Shown one piece after another: positions 1-9,887 of a stretch of 64,000 nucleotides of DNA. A program made the position numbers and the translations under genes. Within the stretch, counting starts at the first letter, position 1; the number at the start of each line of letters is the position of its first letter. The notes below the pieces were generated by a model. The model was not told the origin of the DNA. It searched no databases and saw only the letters and a program-made list of their open reading frames with translations. Location: positions 1 through 64,000 of IMG/VR virus record IMGVR_UViG_2857083903_000001, one strand, 5' to 3'. This DNA comes from a virus. Taxonomy: Duplodnaviria > Caudoviricetes.

Positions 1-619
1 TCGCATCGACTGAGCCAGCTTGGATCTTCGGTGTTGTTACGGCGTTGGCGTAGAGCTTCGGGGTCGTGACAGCGCCGTCGGAGATCATCGTGTTGATGAT
101 TTCTCCGATTCCGATGTCTCCAGCTACGGGGCGAGGCGAGTACGGGCCCACCGGGGTGGTGGCGGTGGATGCTGTACCTGAGGTGTTGCGTGCCAGCAGG
201 CATACGTAGGAGGCGCCCGTGACAGGGATGTAGCAGATGCCGCCCTGCGGGGTTTCGATTGTGGCCCGCAGCGTTGCCGTGGTGGGGGTGAACCCCGCGG
301 TTGGGGAGACGTGGACTTCGACTCGTGACCAGTCCATGGGCGCTATGGAGCCGTCGGCGGAGGTGCCGTCCCAGCCAACTGCCAGCCCGCCCAGCCCGGA
401 CGACACTGTGGGTGTGGAGGGTGTGGGAGGCGGGCCACCGTTGACGATGTTTACGGCGGTCGTGCCGTCCCCTTGGACGCCTACGATGGCGCGGAGGCTG
501 CCGTTGCCGTCGTTGACCTGGATCGCCGTGTTCTCGATCGAGGCGTGGGAGAGGCGGGAGGCCCGTTCCAGGCGGTCCAGGCGCTGGCTGTGCAGGTTGA
601 GTTCGCGGCCGAGGTCCAT
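1..619 (-). CDS. Minor tail / tail-tip protein, N-terminal part (runs off the window edge)
   Basis: ATG at 619 overlaps the stop of the upstream tail gene; reads MDLGRELNLHSQRLDRLERASRL...GLAVGWDG with no stop to position 1; last gene of the tail cluster. Confidence 0.7.
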   Translation of the reverse strand, partial: MDLGRELNLHSQRLDRLERASRLSHASIENTAIQVNDGNGSLRAIVGVQGDGTTAVNIVNGGPPPTPSTPTVSSGLGGLAVGWDGTSADGSIAPMDWSRVEVHVSPTAGFTPTTATLRATIETPQGGICYIPVTGASYVCLLARNTSGTASTATTPVGPYSPRPVAGDIGIGEIINTMISDGAVTTPKLYANAVTTPKIQAGSVDA

Positions 620-1731
620 CAGACACCTCCGTACTGGTAGGAGTCGGCGGGCTTCAGGCTGAGCACGGTCTGGGGGCCGCCCTGGGCTTGCGGTTTCCGG
701 GTCCAGCCTGTGATCCGGCACCAGCCCGCATAGGAGGTCCACGGGTTGTTGACCCGGACCATCACGTCGTCACCGACCTGGTAGGAACCGAACGGCGCGG
801 ACGGGGTGTCGCGGACGGTGATCTGGTCGACGCTGCCGCGGACCGTGGTCTGCCGCCACGTCCGCTCCCGGTCCGCGCGGGCCCGGAGGATGTCGATGCC
901 GTTGACGTCGGGGAGGTCGAGAACGTACTCCATGCGGAGCCGGCCGTTGCGGACGGCGGAGGTCTGCCGGAGCCGGGAGCGTCCCTCGCCCGCGCCTGCA
1001 GCGACGACGACCTGGGCGTAGTCGTCTCCGGTGAGGGCGTCTTCGGGTTCGTCGATGATGTTGACGCCGCTGGCGAAGGAAAGGTCGGTGCGGCGTGCGC
1101 CGAGGCGGGGCCAGCCCAGCCGGATGCGTTTCACCACTCCGGTCTTGGCGGTGTTCCAGGCGGTGCTGCACGTGTAGTCGGGGGTGGAGTCCCCGGAGAC
1201 GAGGTCGTCGATCTGGTCACCCAGGCAGGGCGTCTCCCACCAGTTGGACTGGTAGGGATCAGCGGGGGTGCCGATGGTGGATGTGGATGTGGTGGCGTCC
1301 ACGGTGACCCCGAGGTCGCCGTCTGCGGCGCTTTGGGCGTAGGCCCAGATGTTCCGGATGACCTGGCATCGGTCGGCGTAGGTGTAGGGGCCGCGGCCGC
1401 CGTGTTCATCGTCCAGGTCGTAGCGGTGCTGCAGGTACGACGACCAGGACGCGGCTTCGATGGCGTAGTCGGAGCCGCTGGCCCGGATGTCCCAGACGAT
1501 GCCACCCCACTGCAGCTGACCAGCGGATTCCACGAACAGGAACGTGTTGCCGGGGTCGACCACGTTGGGGTTAGACGAGTACAGGCGGGGTGAGAGACGC
1601 CCGGTGAAGGAACCAGGGCCGCAGAGTTCGTCGCCGTATTCGGGTTCGATGACGGGCAGGGCGGTGGCCAGCCAGGCTCCGGTGACGATGTTCTGGGTGA
1701 GAATCCGGTCCGGGATGTGGGGGCCGGTCAT
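619..1731 (-). CDS. Minor tail protein (Tal/hub-like)
   Basis: 370 aa, WGGIVW motif typical of actinophage minor tail proteins, position after Dit, coupled start/stop. Confidence 0.75.
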   Translation of the reverse strand: MTGPHIPDRILTQNIVTGAWLATALPVIEPEYGDELCGPGSFTGRLSPRLYSSNPNVVDPGNTFLFVESAGQLQWGGIVWDIRASGSDYAIEAASWSSYLQHRYDLDDEHGGRGPYTYADRCQVIRNIWAYAQSAADGDLGVTVDATTSTSTIGTPADPYQSNWWETPCLGDQIDDLVSGDSTPDYTCSTAWNTAKTGVVKRIRLGWPRLGARRTDLSFASGVNIIDEPEDALTGDDYAQVVVAAGAGEGRSRLRQTSAVRNGRLRMEYVLDLPDVNGIDILRARADRERTWRQTTVRGSVDQITVRDTPSAPFGSYQVGDDVMVRVNNPWTSYAGWCRITGWTRKPQAQGGPQTVLSLKPADSYQYGGV

Positions 1732-2663
1732 CGGGGGGCCTCCTCGAACTCGACGTCGGCTATCAGCGTGGTGACGCTGGTGACGTTGATGCGGCCCGCG
1801 TTGCCGGTGCCGCCGTTTGCCTGGGCGCGCAGGAGTTGCGTGGTCGCGCGGTAGGCGGCGGGCACGGTGAGGGTGTCGGCGCAGATCGCGGGGATCTTCC
1901 GGACGACGTTGCCCTGGTTGTCGTCGAGGCCGGTGGCTTGGAGGGTGAGGGAGGCGCCGAAGGTGGCGCGGAGGTTTCCGACGTAGTCGTTGACGCTGTA
2001 GCGCAGCGGGGACACGTCGACGCGGAGGCGGACGGTGGTGGCCCAGTCGGGGATGGCGATGTTCCAGCCGGCGGCGGTGGAGAAGTAGCTGTAGCTGGTG
2101 GAGGAGCCGATGAGGGAGCTGTCGGCGGTGGGTGACTGGGTGTAGAGGCGTCGGTCTCGGCGGGGGTTGGCGACCTTGCGCAGGTCGGTGATCATGGCGT
2201 TGGTGATGGTGCCGCTGTTCGCGGGGATGTCGATCCGGGCGAGGGGGATGCCGGTGCGGCCGTCGGGGATGCTGGTGGCGCTGGAGGAGACGCCGGAGAT
2301 GATCTGCGGGAAGACGATGTCGTCGGTCTGCGGGTTGCGGCTGTACCCGTACTCGGGGTCCTCCACCCGGACGATGAGCATGTCGGAACGGGCGCTAGCC
2401 CCCGTCGCGGCGATGGGGACGTCGACGGCGCCGATGTTGCAGAACGCGTAGGTCCCTTGGAACACGTTGTCGCGGCCGCGGATGACACCGGAACCGTCCG
2501 CGAGGAGTACACCGCCGCCGGGCGTGGTGCGCTGGGTGACCTTAAGGTCGTCGCCTTGGGTGATGCCCTCGGCTCCGCGGGCGAGGTCGCGCACCAGCAT
2601 GCGGAACTGCTGCGCCGAGTGGGTGGCCCCGTTGGTGAGGATGGGCCGGGGAAAGAAGCTCAC
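1728..2663 (-). CDS. Minor tail / baseplate protein
   Basis: 311 aa, RSDMLIVRVED and IPLARIDIPAN..ITNAMITDLR motifs typical of actinophage minor tail proteins; synteny. Confidence 0.75.
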   Translation of the reverse strand: MSFFPRPILTNGATHSAQQFRMLVRDLARGAEGITQGDDLKVTQRTTPGGGVLLADGSGVIRGRDNVFQGTYAFCNIGAVDVPIAATGASARSDMLIVRVEDPEYGYSRNPQTDDIVFPQIISGVSSSATSIPDGRTGIPLARIDIPANSGTITNAMITDLRKVANPRRDRRLYTQSPTADSSLIGSSTSYSYFSTAAGWNIAIPDWATTVRLRVDVSPLRYSVNDYVGNLRATFGASLTLQATGLDDNQGNVVRKIPAICADTLTVPAAYRATTQLLRAQANGGTGNAGRINVTSVTTLIADVEFEEAPR

Positions 2664-2675
2664 GATGGGCCTTCC

Positions 2676-3575
2676 TCAGAGGGCGGTGTAGGCGTCGCGC
2701 CAGGTCAGGCGCATGCGGGCGGTGTTGGTGTTGTCGAATGCGGTCCACCGCATCTCGGACTGGCCGGGCGGCAGGGAGAACAGGTCGATCCGGGAGGCTG
2801 GCGAAAGGTAGGTGGAGGCGTTGCCGCCGTTGTCCCAGGTGACGGTGCGGGCGCCGGGCCGGGTGTCGACTTCGATCCACCGGCCGGCCGCCAGGTTCAG
2901 GGTGGGCATAGCGAGCGTGCGTCCGGAGTCGGCGTGGATGACGGTGACGTTCGCGCACGGCCCGCTGATCCGGATCACCGGCCAGGCGGGTGCCGTGCCC
3001 GCGTTCGTCACCCAGCCCGGCCGGTCTGCGGCGACTGTGCCGTCCTGCACGAAGATCGGCGCGGCGATGGGGGCGGCGAACCCTCCGCCGGTCAGCCAGC
3101 CCAGCGGGATCTCCGTCGTGCTGTCGGTGTCGGCGTAGAAGGTGGGGTCGTGAGCCAGGAACTCCATGTCCAGCGGCACATAGCCGTGGACGACCTGCTT
3201 GTACTCCGGGTCGAGCTTCCGGGCCCGCACGGTCAGCGACTTCACCGGCCGACCGGGTCGCTTGATCCGCAGCGTCATGCCCTGCCCGCCGACCAGCCGG
3301 ACCGCGGTGCCGTCGGTGGCCGCTTGGAGGGCGGCGACCACGTCATGGCAGGCGGCCGGATCACCGGGGACCCGGATCGCGGCATCGAACTGGATCTGCC
3401 TGCCAGCCCAGTAGTCGGGGCCGGCGAACTGGCCGTCTGCGGAGGGCTGGTCGACGTCGTTGTCCCGGACCGGGGGCCGTCCCAGGCCGGTGGTCTCGAT
3501 GACCTGCACAGGCGTGCCGGCGCCGATGATGACACCGCCGATGTCGTACTGCCAGTCGTTCAGGCTAAGCGGCAC
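2676..3575 (-). CDS. Distal tail protein (Dit-like)
   Basis: Directly after tape measure; AHDPTFY, NAGTAPAWPVIRISGP, LPPGQS, WRDAY motifs; GTG at 3575 after GGGAGGG RBS. Confidence 0.8.
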   Translation of the reverse strand: MPLSLNDWQYDIGGVIIGAGTPVQVIETTGLGRPPVRDNDVDQPSADGQFAGPDYWAGRQIQFDAAIRVPGDPAACHDVVAALQAATDGTAVRLVGGQGMTLRIKRPGRPVKSLTVRARKLDPEYKQVVHGYVPLDMEFLAHDPTFYADTDSTTEIPLGWLTGGGFAAPIAAPIFVQDGTVAADRPGWVTNAGTAPAWPVIRISGPCANVTVIHADSGRTLAMPTLNLAAGRWIEVDTRPGARTVTWDNGGNASTYLSPASRIDLFSLPPGQSEMRWTAFDNTNTARMRLTWRDAYTAL

Positions 3576-6500
3576 GGGCGGCCACCCCTCCCCTGCGGGC
3601 ACGGCGGTAGCTACGGCCGACCTGCGATCCGATGTCCGATGCCGTGGCTCCGGTGCGTACGGCGGTCACCGGCACATTGATGGTGTCGCCGGAGCGGACG
3701 ATGACGACCTGTCGTCCCCCGGATGCGTCGGTCAGACCGACTCCGAACCTGCGAGCCACGTCCTGGAGCACGGGCATGGCCTGGCTGCGTTTTCCGGCCC
3801 CGAGCGGCAGGTATGCCTCGCCGCCTGTGCTGGGCTCGGCGAAACGGATGATGCTGCCCTGCGCGGCGTACATGCCGGCCCGGATACCACCGTCCGCGTA
3901 CGACAGGTGTGCGTTCGCCCTGCCCAGGTCCGCGAGGAACTTGACGGCCCGCGTCCCGAGGGACTTGCTGATCTGACCCTTCGCTTTGTTGGCGACGCTG
4001 ATGATCTCGTCCTCGCCCAGGCTGGTGGCGGCCGCGACCTGATGGATGCCCGTGGTCGGGTTCTTGATCGCGGCGATGATGCTGACCAGCTCGGACACCT
4101 CATCCGCGGTGAGTGCGGTGTTCGCCGTCTTCGCTGCCTTGTTGGCCTGCCCGGCCTTCTTCGGGTCCTTCACCGCGGCGTCCGCGAGTTGCTGCGCCGC
4201 CTCGTCGTTCTGCGCGGCCAGCTGCTGCGCCAGGTCGCCGTAGCCCTCGGCTGCGAGCTTGGCCAGGTTGTCGGAGAACTTCTTGTTCAGGGTGTTGGCG
4301 CTGCCGAGCTGCCGTGTGTAGTCGGTCAGGCTGGCCTTGGCGGTCTTCTGCAGGTCCCTGAGGGCCTTGGACATGTCGTTGATGTACTTGGTGGAGCCGG
4401 TGGCCATCTTGTGGGCGATCTTCATGCCGTCCTCGCCCATCGCGGCGAGTGCCTCGGCCACATCCCCGCCGGCCCGGTCGGCGACCTTCTCGAGATCCTT
4501 GTTCCACGCGGTGGTGGCCTTCGCCGCAGACTTGATCTTTTTCTCGACGGCGCCGACATCGAAGTAGTCGACTTCCTTCGTGGTGGTCTTGCCGTGCTTC
4601 CCCTTGACCTTGACCTTCTTGGTCTTGTGCCCGGCCTGACCGGCGTCGGAAGCGGAGTAAAGGGAGCCGGTGGTGGGGTCATACCGCCAGTCGGTGACGT
4701 TGCCGTCGGCGTTCCATTGGACGGTGCGCGGGTCACCGCCCAGACGACGAATGGTCTCTTCGGCGATGGCGCGGGAGCGGCGCCGCTTGGACAGAGCGAG
4801 AGGGATGTACGCCTCGCCGCCGGTCTCGTCTTCCGCCCAGATCCGCCAGGCGCCGGCGGGAGCGATTTCGGCGAGGTGGTTCTCGGTGCCGTTGGCGAAG
4901 TGCTGGCGGTGTGCCGGGCGCCCGGTGAGTCCGCCGTCGGCGAAGTTGACGATGCCGCCGTTGGCTTTGGTGATGTCGTGGACGCTTCGGTAGGTCTTGC
5001 TGTTGGTGATGATGGTGTTGGTGATGGTGGTGCTGGCAGTGCGTCCGTTGAGGCTGGCGAGCGCGCGGGCGACGGAGTTGATGCTGCCCAGGGCCTGTCC
5101 GTTGGCTGTGTAGACCGCGGTGTGTCCGTCGGGGAGCTGCTTGGTCTTCAGGCCCACGGCATTCAGCGCTGCTATGGCCGCGCTGTTCAGTGTGCTGACC
5201 TTCACGGATTTGGCGCTGGGGGTCTTCTTGATCTGTGCCTGGACTTCATTGAGTCCGGCTACCGCCTGGACCTTGTGGACGTCCACCCGGACGTCCTTGC
5301 CAGGCGGAACCTTGGCCATCTCGCTGATGAGAAGGTCGAGCTGAGACCGGGCCGCCTTCGTCGGAGCGGTGATCTTGTACTCGCGGGTGCCGGGAATCAG
5401 CTTGATCTTGTAGCCGAGATCCTCAAGTTCCCTCTTTGCCTCCTCGCCCAGGGCATCGACCCGAATGGTCTTCGCCGTCGGCATCTTCTGGAACTCGGCC
5501 TGCACCGCGAGGAGCTCGGCGAGCGTGGAGTCGACGCCCTTGGTCTCGAGCAGGATCGACACCTGGCCGGGGATCAGGCCGAGGGAGTCGGCTACCTTCC
5601 CCGCCTGGTCGGCGCTCAGCCCGTAGCCCTGAGCGAGCTTCACCGCCGAGTCCCGCGCTGTCTGCATCTCCTTCTGGGCGGCCGCCAGGGACTGCGGGAG
5701 GCTCTTGCCCTGCGACTGCGCGAAGTCGTAGGCGGCTATCGACGCGTTCGACGCGCCGTCGGCGATCGTGTTGAACGTGGAGAACAGGGCCTGCCCGTTC
5801 TTCGTCGTGGTGTCCAGCGTGCCGTTCGCGTTGACAAGGGCCTTCCCGAAGCCGTCCGCCTTGTTGATGCCGGACTGCATGGCCTCGTTGGCCTGGGTGA
5901 TGGCCTCGTTCACGCGGGCCTGAGCGGCCTGCAGCGACACGGAACCACCAGAGAGCAAGTCAAGGGCGTCTCGCAGGGCACGCGTCCGCTGGTCGGCGTC
6001 CCCTGTCTTGTCCGCGAGCGCGGCCACGGCGTCCTTGAGCCGGCCGTAGGCCGTCTCGCCGCCCTGCGCGCCCTTCACTGCCTCGTTGTACGACTTGGCG
6101 TCCGCCGCAGCCTTACTGAAGTCCCCTGAGAGACCTCCCAGGCCCTGGCTCAGGGCTTGGGCCGCCTTACCGATCCGGTCCGGGGCTTTGACCGCCGCAC
6201 CAGATTCCAGGTCGGTCGTCCACTTGGTGTGCTCCTTGACGACCCCCGACAGTTCCCGCTGGAGCGCACTGAGGGAGGTTCCCTGCCCGGTGTAGGCGTC
6301 GACGAGCTGACTGAACGGCACCTTCGCTTCGCGGGCCAGGTCGACGAGGCGCTTCTGGTCGCCGTACCAGCTCTTGGCCTTCTGCGACATCAGGGTTTGC
6401 GCCGCTACGGCTCGCACGTTGTCGTCCACCGCGCCGTTGGACTGGCGTAGTGCCTCAGAGAGGGCGCTGACCTGCTGCCGGTGCTCTGCGGCGGCCGCGG

Positions 6501-8826
6501 CGGCGGCCTGCTGCCGGGACGCCAGGTAGCCCAGCCCGACCGTGGCCGCGGTGATGGCCAGCCCGACCGGGCCTCCCAGGGCCCCCATGAGGCCGGAGCC
6601 GATGGCGCGGGTTGCGGTCATCGACGCCGCGCCCACCCCGCGCAGTGTGCCGGCGAATCCGGCGCCCTGAGCGGAGGCAGTACGGAACGCTGCACCCATC
6701 TGCCCGAAGATCGGGACACGGGCCTGGAGCGTGGCCATGGCTGCCCCGTACCGGGACAGTGACATGCCCGCAGCGCCGGCGAGGGAGCGCTGGACGGCCA
6801 TCTGCTGGTTCAGGGACTGGAACGCCCCCCGGACCCGGCCGTTCACCGTGTTCGCCAGGCCGACCATCGGCCCTTGGATGCGGCGCACCAGCAGCGCGGC
6901 GAGGACGAACTGCTGCACCGGGCCCGGCAGACTCCCGAACGCCGACACCAGACCGCCCACGACCTGCCCGATAGGGATCAGCACCCCGGACAGGTCCTCC
7001 GCCGCCGTGGCCGCGAGATCCAGGGCGGCCACCACGATGTCCAGAGACGAGGACACCGCATCGGACTCCCCCGCCACACCGCTGAACGCCCCCAGCACTG
7101 GCTGGACGCCGGCCGCCAGGTTCTCCAGGACGTGCACGGCCGCGCCGCCTACGTTCACCAGGACGTGCAGGAAGTCCGCCAGGGCCTCCTCTCCGAGGTC
7201 CTTCAGCGGGCCGGCCAGGTTGCTTGCGGCGTCCGCGATGCCGGCGAACTCCCGGCTTGCGGCCGCCGACACCTCGGGGCCGAAGAGGGTGGCCAGGTCG
7301 TTGAAGTAGTTGAAGAAGTGCTCGATCTTCGGCGTCGCCTCCGACAGGCCAGCCGTGACACCGCGCGTCAGGAACTCAAGGCCCGGCGCCATCCCCTGAT
7401 AGATCGTGAGACCGGTCTGCTTCGCCTGTGTCCCGAGCTGGAGCATCGCACCGGCGAGGCCCTTGCCCTTGGCGGCGGCGATGTCAGTAGCGGCGCCGAC
7501 CTGGTGCGCGGCCTGCAACATGTTGTCGTACGACTCGACGCCCTGGTGGGCGAGCGCGATAGCACCCGACATGGCCGGCTTGCCCATGGACTTCTTCACG
7601 GCGGCGGCAAAGTCCTGCTGGGTCATGTGGTGCTGGGCCTTGGACAGGCCGTCGATGACGTTCCGCAAGCCCTTGAAGTTGCCTTGGGCGTCCCACGCTT
7701 CGATGCCCATGGCCTTCAGGCCCTCGATCATCTGCGGGGTGGGGGCGGCGAGGTTGGCCATCATGCCGCGCAGGGTGGTGCCGGCCGTCTGGCCGAGGAT
7801 GCCCGCCTTACCGAGCATGCCGACTGCGGCGGCGGTCTCCTGCATGGACAAACCGAGCCCGTGCGCGACCGGACCCGCATATTTCATGGCGTAATAAATG
7901 TCGATGATCTCACCAGATGCGGCGTTGGCGGTGGCGGCGAGGGTGTCGGCGGCTTTGGCGGACTGGTCGGCGCCCATACCGAACTGGTCCATCATGTCGC
8001 CCAAGTACTTCGCGGAGTCGGCTGCATTGACCTGGGCTGCCGAGGCGAGGATCACCGAGGAGCGGGTGGCGCTGATGGCCTGGTCGGTGCGGAAACCGGC
8101 CTTGGCGAGCTCCACCATGCCCTCGGCGGCGTCCGCTGCCGTGGCACCCGGCAGCTTCAGGTCGTTGCCGAGCTGGTTGGCGGTGGCGGACGCTCGCTTC
8201 ATCTGCATCTGCGTGGCACCGGTGGTGGCACCGAACGCATTCATGGCCTGCTGGTACTGGCCGCCCTCCTCAATCACCTCGTGCACACCGAGGGCCAGGC
8301 CGAGGGTGGCACCTACTCCGGCGAGGGACTTCAGCGCGCTGTGGGCCCGGCTGGCTTCATCCCGGTAGCGCCGCAAGCTGCCGGACCCTCTGAGGCCCAT
8401 GCGAGCCATTCGGGAGTCCGCACGCTGCGCGGCAGTAGCGAGCCGGGCCAGGTCACGGACAGCGGTGTCGATCTGCCCGGACATGCGAGCCAACTGCCGG
8501 CCGGTAGTGCGCGAGTTTTCACCGAGGGAGGTGACATGCCGGTGCGCGCTCTGCGCGGCATCGCCGTACCGGTTGAGGCGGCGGGTGGCGGTCTGCGCGT
8601 TGTCACCGAGGGAGTTCAGGCGGCGGGCAGCGGTACGTGCCTCGGTGCCCAGAGTCTTGATGTGCTTGCCGGCTGCCTCGGCGGCAAGACCAAGTTCCTT
8701 GACCTCGGTCTTGGCTGTCTTCGCTGCCGTCCCCAGGGACCGGGCGCGCTTCGCGGAGGACTTCAGGGCTTGGGACAGGTCGTTCCCGTTGCCCTTCAGA
8801 TCGACACTGAGGTTCCAGTTCGCCAC
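3565..8826 (-). CDS. Tape measure protein
   Basis: 1753 aa Ala/Gly-rich; TP901-type core (ELAKAG, AMKYAGPVA, AGTTLR); follows tail chaperones. Confidence 0.95.
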   Translation of the reverse strand: MANWNLSVDLKGNGNDLSQALKSSAKRARSLGTAAKTAKTEVKELGLAAEAAGKHIKTLGTEARTAARRLNSLGDNAQTATRRLNRYGDAAQSAHRHVTSLGENSRTTGRQLARMSGQIDTAVRDLARLATAAQRADSRMARMGLRGSGSLRRYRDEASRAHSALKSLAGVGATLGLALGVHEVIEEGGQYQQAMNAFGATTGATQMQMKRASATANQLGNDLKLPGATAADAAEGMVELAKAGFRTDQAISATRSSVILASAAQVNAADSAKYLGDMMDQFGMGADQSAKAADTLAATANAASGEIIDIYYAMKYAGPVAHGLGLSMQETAAAVGMLGKAGILGQTAGTTLRGMMANLAAPTPQMIEGLKAMGIEAWDAQGNFKGLRNVIDGLSKAQHHMTQQDFAAAVKKSMGKPAMSGAIALAHQGVESYDNMLQAAHQVGAATDIAAAKGKGLAGAMLQLGTQAKQTGLTIYQGMAPGLEFLTRGVTAGLSEATPKIEHFFNYFNDLATLFGPEVSAAASREFAGIADAASNLAGPLKDLGEEALADFLHVLVNVGGAAVHVLENLAAGVQPVLGAFSGVAGESDAVSSSLDIVVAALDLAATAAEDLSGVLIPIGQVVGGLVSAFGSLPGPVQQFVLAALLVRRIQGPMVGLANTVNGRVRGAFQSLNQQMAVQRSLAGAAGMSLSRYGAAMATLQARVPIFGQMGAAFRTASAQGAGFAGTLRGVGAASMTATRAIGSGLMGALGGPVGLAITAATVGLGYLASRQQAAAAAAAEHRQQVSALSEALRQSNGAVDDNVRAVAAQTLMSQKAKSWYGDQKRLVDLAREAKVPFSQLVDAYTGQGTSLSALQRELSGVVKEHTKWTTDLESGAAVKAPDRIGKAAQALSQGLGGLSGDFSKAAADAKSYNEAVKGAQGGETAYGRLKDAVAALADKTGDADQRTRALRDALDLLSGGSVSLQAAQARVNEAITQANEAMQSGINKADGFGKALVNANGTLDTTTKNGQALFSTFNTIADGASNASIAAYDFAQSQGKSLPQSLAAAQKEMQTARDSAVKLAQGYGLSADQAGKVADSLGLIPGQVSILLETKGVDSTLAELLAVQAEFQKMPTAKTIRVDALGEEAKRELEDLGYKIKLIPGTREYKITAPTKAARSQLDLLISEMAKVPPGKDVRVDVHKVQAVAGLNEVQAQIKKTPSAKSVKVSTLNSAAIAALNAVGLKTKQLPDGHTAVYTANGQALGSINSVARALASLNGRTASTTITNTIITNSKTYRSVHDITKANGGIVNFADGGLTGRPAHRQHFANGTENHLAEIAPAGAWRIWAEDETGGEAYIPLALSKRRRSRAIAEETIRRLGGDPRTVQWNADGNVTDWRYDPTTGSLYSASDAGQAGHKTKKVKVKGKHGKTTTKEVDYFDVGAVEKKIKSAAKATTAWNKDLEKVADRAGGDVAEALAAMGEDGMKIAHKMATGSTKYINDMSKALRDLQKTAKASLTDYTRQLGSANTLNKKFSDNLAKLAAEGYGDLAQQLAAQNDEAAQQLADAAVKDPKKAGQANKAAKTANTALTADEVSELVSIIAAIKNPTTGIHQVAAATSLGEDEIISVANKAKGQISKSLGTRAVKFLADLGRANAHLSYADGGIRAGMYAAQGSIIRFAEPSTGGEAYLPLGAGKRSQAMPVLQDVARRFGVGLTDASGGRQVVIVRSGDTINVPVTAVRTGATASDIGSQVGRSYRRARRGGVAARAA

Positions 8827-8859
8827 CTGAGTCCTGCCTCCCTTCCCTGGTTGTGGCCG

Positions 8860-9240
8860 CTACCGGCTGCTGGTGAGTTCTGCGAGGGCCTGCTGCGCCG
8901 CGTGTACGGAGGCGGGCAGCAGAAGGACTTTCATCCCGGCGCCGGCTTTCCCGTCCGGGATCTCTCCCTGCTTGGCTGCGATCTCCTCGCAGCCGAAGCA
9001 CTTGTGGGAGACGGCGATGTACGCCTCCTGGTATTCGCCGGCCTCGTCGGTCCAGTCCGAGTCGCGGGTTCCGCACTGGGGACAGGTGCCGCGAAGGTGG
9101 TTTTCGTAGGCGAGGGCCTTTTCCCGGTCGAGGGCCGTCCAGGTGCCGTCACCGCCACGGAAGGCGCTGTGCGGGATCTGGTACTGCCGGCACAGGGCGA
9201 GCTCGTCACGGAGGCGGGCATCCTGGGTCAGCCTTTTCCC
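8860..9240 (-). CDS. Tail assembly chaperone, -1 frameshift extension (gpGT-like)
   Basis: Frame is -1 relative to 9228-9782 and entered at slippery GGGAAAA; product GKRLTQDARLRDELALC...CPQCG...CFGC. Confidence 0.75.
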   Translation of the reverse strand, partial: GKRLTQDARLRDELALCRQYQIPHSAFRGGDGTWTALDREKALAYENHLRGTCPQCGTRDSDWTDEAGEYQEAYIAVSHKCFGCEEIAAKQGEIPDGKAGAGMKVLLLPASVHAAQQALAELTSSR

Positions 9241-9782
9241 AGGTCGGTCCGGGTGGTGTTCTGCACGCCGTATGCGGCGTTGAACATGGCGTCGGCTTCG
9301 GCGAGGGACCAGGAGTTGAGGAGTTCCTGCGCTTCGGTCTCGGTCATGCCGTCGACGCAGGCGGCGGCGATGAGTGCGGCGGGGAAGGAGTCGGCCCATC
9401 GCTTGCCGTCCTCGGTGTCGGTTTCCGACGGGGCGTGCTGCTCGTAGAGCGCTTCGAGGGCTTGGCGGGGCAGGGCGCGGAACCGGATCGGGATGGACAC
9501 CTCGTCGTACGCCTGCTTGGCGTCGTCGCGGGCCTCGGTGGCGCGCGTGAGGTCGCTGGCCGCTTCGGTGTCCTTGGGGTTGGCCTTGGCGTACTGGGCG
9601 GCGAGGTCGTAGTCCCTCTGGGCGCGCAGGTAGCGGTCTCGGACGCTCTGGTCGTCGCAGACCACGAACACGGTCTCGGCGAGCGCCCGGCTACGCAGGC
9701 GGTCCATCTTGGCGGCCCAGTGCGCGTCGGCGGCGACTGCGGCGGCGGGCGGCTGGGGCTTGGTGCGGGTGGTGCTGGTCAT
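9228..9782 (-). CDS. Tail assembly chaperone (gpG-like)
   Basis: Between major tail and tape measure; ends DLGKG* on a GGGAAAA slippery site; GGAGG RBS. Confidence 0.85.
   Translation of the reverse strand: MTSTTRTKPQPPAAAVAADAHWAAKMDRLRSRALAETVFVVCDDQSVRDRYLRAQRDYDLAAQYAKANPKDTEAASDLTRATEARDDAKQAYDEVSIPIRFRALPRQALEALYEQHAPSETDTEDGKRWADSFPAALIAAACVDGMTETEAQELLNSWSLAEADAMFNAAYGVQNTTRTDLGKG
9234..9240 (-). other. Programmed -1 ribosomal frameshift site GGGAAAA
   Basis: X XXY YYZ heptamer (CTG GGA AAA GGC TGA) at the end of the tail chaperone gene. Confidence 0.8.
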
Positions 9783-9887
9783 GGGGTTGGTCCTCCGTCA
9801 GGGGAAGGGAGACCCGGCCGGACGCCCGCAGGCGCCCCTTCCCGAACGCCAGGGGTGTCCGGCCGGGAGCTGAGAGGGTGCGGGGGG

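Noticed and set aside
3700-4960. Duplicated ADGG...AE..TGGEAY.PL motif in tape measure
   Set aside because: Common feature of actinophage tape measure C-termini
3460-9447. Very long plus-strand ORFs (889 aa, 857 aa) and similar ones opposite portal, capsid and traB
   Set aside because: Antisense shadows of high-GC genes; no motifs or RBS
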